Positions 57,268 to 64,000 of a DNA stretch of 64,000 bases are shown piece after piece. The position numbers and the translations under genes are program-made. The notes beneath the pieces were generated by a model, which saw only the letters and a list, made by a program, of their open reading frames with translations, had not been told where the DNA came from and did not search any database. The DNA is from a virus. The stretch covers positions 1 through 64,000 of the IMG/VR virus record IMGVR_UViG_3300023273_000426, one strand, 5' to 3'. Numbering within the stretch: position 1 is the first letter of the stretch; every line of letters begins with the position of its first letter.

Positions 57268-60200
57268 TTAGAATGCGCCACCATCTATAGTATCTGTCCA
57301 AACTGGTGTATTATCGCCGCTGCCGACTACTGTTAGTACTTGGAACGATTCGCTAGTATCACTTGTGCCTGCTGCATCAGTTACTTGAACATCTGTATCT
57401 GCATTACCATAAAGTATACCATCTGTGGTAAATGTGCTTACACCTGTACCACCATGTGCAACTGCTAGATCATTAGTTAAACTTACTGTTCCAGTTACAT
57501 GGAAGTCATGATTTACAGTTAATGTACCTGTAGCATCACCAATACTAATAGTTGTTGCTGCGCCACCAAAGTTGATAGTTGTAGCAGTATCATTTAACAA
57601 GTTAAATGTTGTTTGATTTGTGCTCAACACATCGTTGTTGATTGCTAAGTCTGTTGTAAAGGTTGATATATCTTCACTTAAACGTAGTTTCTCAACACCA
57701 GATGTTCCACCGATCATAGTGCTAAACACCATATCAAAGTCTTCTTGCAGTCCGGTGATATCTTGTGCTATAACATCAATCTGACCTGATGTTTCAAAAT
57801 TATCATTTGCTGTTTCAAGTTCAAACTTAATACCTGTACCACTTCCTGCTACCGGAGTACCACTTATACTATGATGTGCAAAAGTCATAGGATACACAAT
57901 ATCATCTGCTGCACTATCTGGTGCATTAGTTATAAGTTTTAATCCATCTTGTGCAAGTAATGTGTTTGCTCTAATATCAACAGTATCTGTTGCTAAGTTA
58001 GTAAGTTGTAATACACCACTGTTGTTGCCACCGATGTACTTTTGTACATGTAGTTCTTCACCTATACCAACACCACCTGCAACAACAACTGCACCACTTT
58101 GATAAGTCTGACTTGGCGTTGTGTTGTTGAACGTTGTTATTACACTACTATCAATGTTAAAGTATGAGTTTCCAATAATAGCACGTTGTGATCCATTTGT
58201 AAAGAACTCAAGTTCATCGTTGTTAGCACCTGGTGATGTTTCGGGACGTATAAATGTATTTTGATCTACATCTTTAACACCGCCTAGTGAGCCCCAAGCA
58301 ACGCCGTCGTATCCTTCAAATACTAACGTATCAGTGTTGAATCGTACTTGTCCTGTTGCTTCTACTGGACGAGCTGCTGTATCACCAACTGGTAGCTGTA
58401 AACTTGTAACACTGTCAATAATAACTATTTCATTATTGATAGTAAGTGTTCCAGATATTGCACCTATGTTAATATTTGTAGCTGCACCAAATGCATCAAT
58501 GCGTGTAGCATTAGTGTTGAGTACATTAAAAGTACCAGTTTCGTCTGTAATAATGTTAGTACCATTAACTTGTATGTCTCTATCTGCTATAATATCTCTA
58601 TCAGCAGTAATATCAACACCAGCGTGTATGTTTCTCTGTGCGCTTAGGCCGCCTGTGATTTGTACTGCGCCAGTAACATTATCTGTAGCATCATCGTTGT
58701 TTAGTATAATGATATTTGGAGTTGTTCCAAACTCAACTACTTCCGATCCGTCAGTTGTATCTATTACAATATAGTCACTAACATTTTCGTGTATTCTCAA
58801 TACATTGGTATTGTTGTCTGGTAAGTCAATATCAGTTGCGCCGTTGATGTCAATAGTATCAACTGCTCTATCACTACCTAATACAACACTGCCGTCTGCT
58901 GTAAAATCAATGCCAACATTTAAACTTTTAGCAATGCCGACGCCGCCGTCAATAACAACCGAGCCTGTAGTTGTGCTAGTTGATTCTGTTGTATTTTCAA
59001 CAAGCAATCCTGGGCGTATACCAAATGTAATAAGTTCTTCGTCTGTACGTGTGTTAATACTAATAAAGTCTAACGAACCTTCTGTACTAATACTATATGC
59101 TTGTAAACTTTCATCTGGAATATTTAAACTAACATCACCTGTGAATACAATATCACCGTTAACTGTTAAACTACCTTGCACAAGCAAGTCAGGATTAACT
59201 GTAAATGTACCTTCTGCTGCACCCATAATAATCGAAGTAGCATCACCAAATGCATTAATAGTTGTAGCACTTGTGTTCAACAAGTTAAATGCACCTGCTG
59301 TATCTGTGCTAATCACATCACCGTTAACATCAAAGTCACCGTTGAGTGTAATATCTCCTTCTACAGTTCCGCCTGTTAGTTTGTTTAAATATCTGTTTTC
59401 AACGTATGTACTAACAGCTTTCTGTGTAGGTGCAGTATTAAAGTCTTGTGTACCAATACTTGAAATTAAGTTTGCATTGTCACTAACTTCTTTAAGTTCT
59501 ACACCAACCGGAATGCCGTCTCTAATAAACGGTCCAACACTAGTTAGACCTTTTAGATCAATTTCGTTAGCATTAAGTGTAATACTACCTGTAAGTGCGT
59601 TAACACCAAAGAAGTTACCAACTCTAAAGTTACCAATTTGGTCAACTGTACCACCTGCAAATACTTTACCATTGCTTGTTTCGATAATCTCTTGTTCAGG
59701 AACTGCTGTGCCGCCAAAGAACGGAAGTGCATTATATGTAACACCGGCGCCAACATATTCAAACGCATGTCCTGAAGTACTAATAGTTGAAACATTATAC
59801 AAGTATGCTTGCTGTGTTGTTTCGACACTTATGATACCCGGGAATACTTTAATAGATGCACTACCACCGTATGTTGCATTTAGATCGTTGATTGCAGTTT
59901 CAACAATAGTTTCTGTTGCTCCAACAATAACATTTCTTTCGGTATTGTATATACTACTACCAAGTTCGTGATTATGTCCTACTTCGTGCCAGCCTGTGGT
60001 ATAACCTTGTATTATAGATAAGGCAACTCTATCAACTAATAGTTCAATGCTTTGTCCTATTGTAGTATCGGCATCTGGAATAGTTGTAATCTGTGTTGCT
60101 GCGTTTCCAAAACTTTTAGTAACAACTTCGTTGTTTGCAACTTGACGCATTAGATCGCCTAGTTTATAATAACTATATGCACTAACTAGTGTTTGATCAA

Positions 60201-63200
60201 CATTGCCTACTTTAGCTGCACCTAATATAGTGCCACTGTAGTATGCTTCGGCTGCTCTACGAGATTGTTTGTTACCACCGTACATTGTATCATATAATAC
60301 AGCGTCAATAATATATCCAGTATCTCTTTCACAAACTTCAATGCCATATTCAAAACCTATTATATTGTCTTGAATATATGTAATAACGCCGTTTTGTATA
60401 TTTGTTTTTTGTGCAAGCAATGCATTAGCTGCCGATCTTGTTGTTTGAGGAAGCCAACTAAAGTCTGGATTAACTTCTCCTGGAACACCAACTAATGTAT
60501 TGTTTTCAATAGCACCTTTGATAATACCTATTAGGCCAACTGCTGTTGAACTTTCAATACTTGTACCATAAGCACCACCTAAAACTTGTGATTCTGGATT
60601 TCCAACAGTTGGAGTTACACCAATACCTTCTATACATTTTAAAGCAACATCTTGTAAGTGTGTATATGCTGCAACTGTGTTTGCTCGTTGACTTTCAGGA
60701 ATATATGCTACTGCTCCTAAGAAGTATGCATTAGTAGCAATGATTGTTTGTATATTACCTGTGTATAGCAAATCGTATGCTACTGCATCAATAATAAGAC
60801 CTGTGTCATTTCTACAACTTGTTTGGTTGTATGAGAACGCATCATAGTTGTCTTGAAGTTCAGTTATTGTGTTAGCAACAATAGTATCTTTTGCTGCTTC
60901 TAAACTTGCAATAGCAGTTTGTGCGCCAGCAGTTGCCCAAGTAGTATCTGGGTAAACTACAGTTGGAAGATTATCAACACCATCAGTGATAACATTTTGG
61001 AATATTGTTAATAGTTCATCTGCTCTAGTTACTTCAGTTGCTGTTGCAGCGCCCGCAGTTGTATCTTGTACTACACCTGTTTGTTCAGGATCATCGTATA
61101 ATGTATCAAGTAATATACTTCCAAGTAACGTGTTTACCCATCCTAATGCTGCTGCTGTTTCTGGCTGTTGTCCTACAACTTGACTTACATATCCAACATA
61201 GTATGCTTGTGCTGCTTGGTAAGTAGCACTATTACCGCCATATAGAATGTCATATGTAAGAGCATCAACAATATAACCTGTATCTCTTTCACACTTTGCA
61301 CTATTAAATGTAAAGCTTCTTGTAAATGTTTTATTAATAAAGTTAATAACATCTGTTTTATAAAACTCTACTTTTGTAACACTGTTTAGGTCTGCAAAGT
61401 CTGTTTGCAGCTCTGCGGCTGTCCAAGTAATGTCTGTAAGAATATCTGCTGGAATAGAATCTATATTGTTGTTGTTAACAACATCTTCAACTATTTGCAA
61501 CAAGTCTTGTGCTTCGCCAGCTGTACCAGCATCAGCTCCTGGATTTGATGTATTTTGTGTTACGCCTACTTGTTCTGTAGATCCGTGTGTAATATTTTGT
61601 ATAACATCAGATGCTACATTTGCCAGTTCGTTAAATGCTGCAACTGTAGCTGCTTGTTGTCCTGCTCCAAGTTGAGAAGCTGCGCCAACAAAATAACTTT
61701 CTGCTGCATTTTTAGATGCCAGGTTGCCGCGATATATGATATCATAACAAATAGCATCAATGATGTATTTGGTGTCTCTTTCACATTTTGCTGCATCAAA
61801 TACTAGAAGTGGAAAGTTATTAGTAACATATGCGCTAGTTTCTTTTGCTAAGAAGTCTCTGTTTGCTTGTAGCTGAGTTACTGCCAACGGATAGTTAGCA
61901 TTTAATCCACTATCTGGGAATGTTAACGTATCTGCCGAAGCGTCAGTACTTACAACACCATTGTTAATAATATCAAGTATTTCATTAAATCCTGCAAGTA
62001 CACGACTTCTAAATGTTCCTGACAACTGTGTTTCGTTGGTATTAATAGTGTCTCTTAGATATTCAATAGATTTTACTGTTTGTAAAAGTTGTGATCCAAC
62101 AGCTACCGCAGCATTTGCTCTTTGATATGCAAGTCCTGCTGTTACTTGATTGAAGTTAGTTCCTATTGCTGCGTCATAACACACAGCTTCAATCATAATA
62201 CCTACATCTCTAGCACACTTTGCTTCATCATATGTAAAGTTCTGGAAGTTATTTGCAATCCAAATAATAACAGATTCTTTTACATCATCTTTATTACCTT
62301 TGATAGTGCTATATGCTTGTTGTAAAACACTAGTTGACCAAGTAACTGATGGTAGTTGTACCGATGGTAGTCCAGCAATGTTTCCTGCTGTAATAACATC
62401 TTCGATGATCTGTACCAGTCCTGATAGATCATCAACTTCTGTTGAACTTGCTGGAGTTCCGCTAGTATCTTGTACTAAAACGTTGCCTGGGCTATTTTCA
62501 ACAACTGCTTCGATAACAATATCGCCAACAACTTGTCCAAGTCTGTTGTATGCTGCTGCTGTTGCTTCTGCTTCGCCTGCACCTAACTGACTTGCTACTC
62601 CAACAAAATATGATTGTGCTGCTAGTTGCGTTGCACTGTTGCCGCCATATAAAATATCGTGACATAATGCATCAACAATATATCCAACATCTCTTCTACA
62701 TTTAGTTGCATCATAGCTTAGTAATGGATAGTTAGCAGTAATCCATCTAATGATTTCTTCTTGGATATATGCTTTGTTGGCAATCAACTGATCTTTTGCT
62801 TCAACAGCGTTTGTTGATGGTAGCGTTCCAGGTGTTGGAAATACTAATGCATCTGCTGCATCGTCTGTACTGATATTTCCGTTTTCTAAAATATCAATAA
62901 TCTCATCCATTGCAGATTCAGCTCTTGGTTCTGCTGTGTCGCTTAATCCAAGTTTTACTATTTCTTTTTTAAGCTCTCTTAGTGCTCCTGATGTTTGTAT
63001 TAGCTGATCATCTTGTAAATCTGCGCTACTTGCTCTTTGATATGCAAGACCAGCTGTTACACTGTTATAGTTTGTTCCTAGTGCAACATCAAGTGCAACA
63101 GCATCCATTATTAACCCAATATCTCTTTCACACTTTTCTTGATTGTATGTAAAGTCTTTGTAGTTATTTGTAATAAATGTTGCTGCTTCTTTTTGTAAGA

Positions 63201-64000
63201 ATGCTCGGTTTGCTACCATTTGATCTTTTGCATTGATCTGCCCAGTAGTTGCACCAGTTGGGTTGGTCCATGTTAATGTATCTGCAAATCCAATGCCGTT
63301 TGTAACAATATCAACTACTTCGTCAAATGCTGCGCCTACGGCTGTTTGTGTTGTTGCATCACTAGCTGTTGCTGTACTTGCTTCGCCTTTGGCAAAGTTA
63401 ATAGCTGCTAGTGTTTCTGTTAGCTGATCCGATAATACTGCTCCGGCATTTACTCTTAGATATGCTAGTCCGTTGGTTACACTGTTGTAGTTCGTTCCAA
63501 GCAATGCATCGTATCCGGCACCTGAAATAATCAGTCCTGTGTCTCTTTCGCATTTAGCTTGATCATATACAAAGTTGTTAGCATTAATGTATGCAATAAC
63601 TTCTTCTGTTAAAAAGGCTTTGTTTGCAACAAACTGCGAATGTGCGTCAATAAGTGCATCAGCTGCTGGACCTGGTTCTGGATATTCTCTGCCTTCACTC
63701 GGTAGTTGGTTAAACTCAATAATATCAAATATATTATCAAATAAGTCAGATACCTTATTCTGGAATGCTGCTTCACCGTTTGCTGCTGCTACAGTCAAAC
63801 GCTTTGCTTCTCTTAGTGCAATAATGGTTGCAGGCTTTTGTTCGCCATTTAAGTAAGCAACATTTGCACGATTGTAAGCTAGTCCTGCTGTAATACTGTT
63901 TTGGTTTGTTCCAAGTTGTGCGTCTCTATATACTGCATCAACCATATATCCAACATCTCTTTTACATTTTTCTTCGTTGTAGGTTAGTGTTGGATTGTTG
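57268..64000 (-). CDS. Second giant virion/fibre-like protein (partial, >2240 aa; starts beyond the window end)
   Basis: The frame is open to the window edge (NNPTLTYNEEKCKRDVGYMVDA). It has nine KCxRD-type repeats, a GQVRFNTDTLVFEGYDG..WGSLGG motif and ends IDGGAF. Confidence 0.88.
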   Translation of the reverse strand, partial: NNPTLTYNEEKCKRDVGYMVDAVYRDAQLGTNQNSITAGLAYNRANVAYLNGEQKPATIIALREAKRLTVAAANGEAAFQNKVSDLFDNIFDIIEFNQLPSEGREYPEPGPAADALIDAHSQFVANKAFLTEEVIAYINANNFVYDQAKCERDTGLIISGAGYDALLGTNYNSVTNGLAYLRVNAGAVLSDQLTETLAAINFAKGEASTATASDATTQTAVGAAFDEVVDIVTNGIGFADTLTWTNPTGATTGQINAKDQMVANRAFLQKEAATFITNNYKDFTYNQEKCERDIGLIMDAVALDVALGTNYNSVTAGLAYQRASSADLQDDQLIQTSGALRELKKEIVKLGLSDTAEPRAESAMDEIIDILENGNISTDDAADALVFPTPGTLPSTNAVEAKDQLIANKAYIQEEIIRWITANYPLLSYDATKCRRDVGYIVDALCHDILYGGNSATQLAAQSYFVGVASQLGAGEAEATAAAYNRLGQVVGDIVIEAVVENSPGNVLVQDTSGTPASSTEVDDLSGLVQIIEDVITAGNIAGLPSVQLPSVTWSTSVLQQAYSTIKGNKDDVKESVIIWIANNFQNFTYDEAKCARDVGIMIEAVCYDAAIGTNFNQVTAGLAYQRANAAVAVGSQLLQTVKSIEYLRDTINTNETQLSGTFRSRVLAGFNEILDIINNGVVSTDASADTLTFPDSGLNANYPLAVTQLQANRDFLAKETSAYVTNNFPLLVFDAAKCERDTKYIIDAICYDIIYRGNLASKNAAESYFVGAASQLGAGQQAATVAAFNELANVASDVIQNITHGSTEQVGVTQNTSNPGADAGTAGEAQDLLQIVEDVVNNNNIDSIPADILTDITWTAAELQTDFADLNSVTKVEFYKTDVINFINKTFTRSFTFNSAKCERDTGYIVDALTYDILYGGNSATYQAAQAYYVGYVSQVVGQQPETAAALGWVNTLLGSILLDTLYDDPEQTGVVQDTTAGAATATEVTRADELLTIFQNVITDGVDNLPTVVYPDTTWATAGAQTAIASLEAAKDTIVANTITELQDNYDAFSYNQTSCRNDTGLIIDAVAYDLLYTGNIQTIIATNAYFLGAVAYIPESQRANTVAAYTHLQDVALKCIEGIGVTPTVGNPESQVLGGAYGTSIESSTAVGLIGIIKGAIENNTLVGVPGEVNPDFSWLPQTTRSAANALLAQKTNIQNGVITYIQDNIIGFEYGIEVCERDTGYIIDAVLYDTMYGGNKQSRRAAEAYYSGTILGAAKVGNVDQTLVSAYSYYKLGDLMRQVANNEVVTKSFGNAATQITTIPDADTTIGQSIELLVDRVALSIIQGYTTGWHEVGHNHELGSSIYNTERNVIVGATETIVETAINDLNATYGGSASIKVFPGIISVETTQQAYLYNVSTISTSGHAFEYVGAGVTYNALPFFGGTAVPEQEIIETSNGKVFAGGTVDQIGNFRVGNFFGVNALTGSITLNANEIDLKGLTSVGPFIRDGIPVGVELKEVSDNANLISSIGTQDFNTAPTQKAVSTYVENRYLNKLTGGTVEGDITLNGDFDVNGDVISTDTAGAFNLLNTSATTINAFGDATSIIMGAAEGTFTVNPDLLVQGSLTVNGDIVFTGDVSLNIPDESLQAYSISTEGSLDFISINTRTDEELITFGIRPGLLVENTTESTSTTTGSVVIDGGVGIAKSLNVGIDFTADGSVVLGSDRAVDTIDINGATDIDLPDNNTNVLRIHENVSDYIVIDTTDGSEVVEFGTTPNIIILNNDDATDNVTGAVQITGGLSAQRNIHAGVDITADRDIIADRDIQVNGTNIITDETGTFNVLNTNATRIDAFGAATNINIGAISGTLTINNEIVIIDSVTSLQLPVGDTAARPVEATGQVRFNTDTLVFEGYDGVAWGSLGGVKDVDQNTFIRPETSPGANNDELEFFTNGSQRAIIGNSYFNIDSSVITTFNNTTPSQTYQSGAVVVAGGVGIGEELHVQKYIGGNNSGVLQLTNLATDTVDIRANTLLAQDGLKLITNAPDSAADDIVYPMTFAHHSISGTPVAGSGTGIKFELETANDNFETSGQIDVIAQDITGLQEDFDMVFSTMIGGTSGVEKLRLSEDISTFTTDLAINNDVLSTNQTTFNLLNDTATTINFGGAATTISIGDATGTLTVNHDFHVTGTVSLTNDLAVAHGGTGVSTFTTDGILYGNADTDVQVTDAAGTSDTSESFQVLTVVGSGDNTPVWTDTIDGGAF

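Noticed and set aside
46932-63856. Long plus-strand ORFs such as 47796..48554 and 58805..59971
   Set aside because: They are antisense shadows of the giant repetitive genes. Their Val/Leu/Pro/Ser-rich translations reflect codon bias and show no motifs.
1-64000. CRISPR array, tRNA/rRNA genes, introns or homing endonucleases
   Set aside because: Intergenic gaps are all under about 170 bp and are explained by promoters and terminators. I recognised no repeat-spacer periodicity, cloverleaf, or HNH/GIY-YIG/LAGLIDADG ORF. Terminase, helicase and RecA are uninterrupted.
1-64000. Stop-codon reassignment as seen in some large phages
   Set aside because: Core genes translate full-length in the standard code with near-complete coding density.
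63945-64000. ATG 63945 as the start of the second giant gene
   Set aside because: The frame stays open to the window edge and continues the KCxRD repeat, so the true start is upstream.

Overview
A 64-kb internal segment of a large, AT-rich, T4-related myovirus (lytic tailed phage) genome, densely coding and mostly on the minus strand, in the standard genetic code. It holds three kinds of genes. (i) Replication and recombination: primase, a 190-aa miniature DnaE-type polymerase core, a gp62-like clamp-loader subunit, UvsW, UvsY, UvsX/RecA, gp32 SSB and dNMP kinase. (ii) Morphogenesis: large and small terminase, gp4, tail tube, a 1098-aa sheath, gp13/14/15, probable internal head proteins and two giant fibre-like proteins (3612 aa and >2240 aa). 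(iii) A large glycan-building toolkit: KdsA, KdsB, three KpsS/KpsC-like proteins, several GT-A glycosyltransferases, a sugar-nucleotide dehydrogenase and epimerase, two FkbM methyltransferases, APS kinase, sulfotransferase and carbamoyltransferase. The main observations are: an A9 slippery site that would fuse two glycosyltransferases by a -1 shift; an apparent CMP-Kdo/beta-Kdo-transferase pathway, partly behind late-type promoters, which suggests virion or host-surface glycosylation; sigma70-type and TAA(A/G)TA late-type promoters placed to give leaderless mRNAs; and four genes missing from the ORF track. I saw no tRNA, rRNA, CRISPR array, reverse transcriptase or integrase. All family assignments are motif recognition by eye, not database searches.
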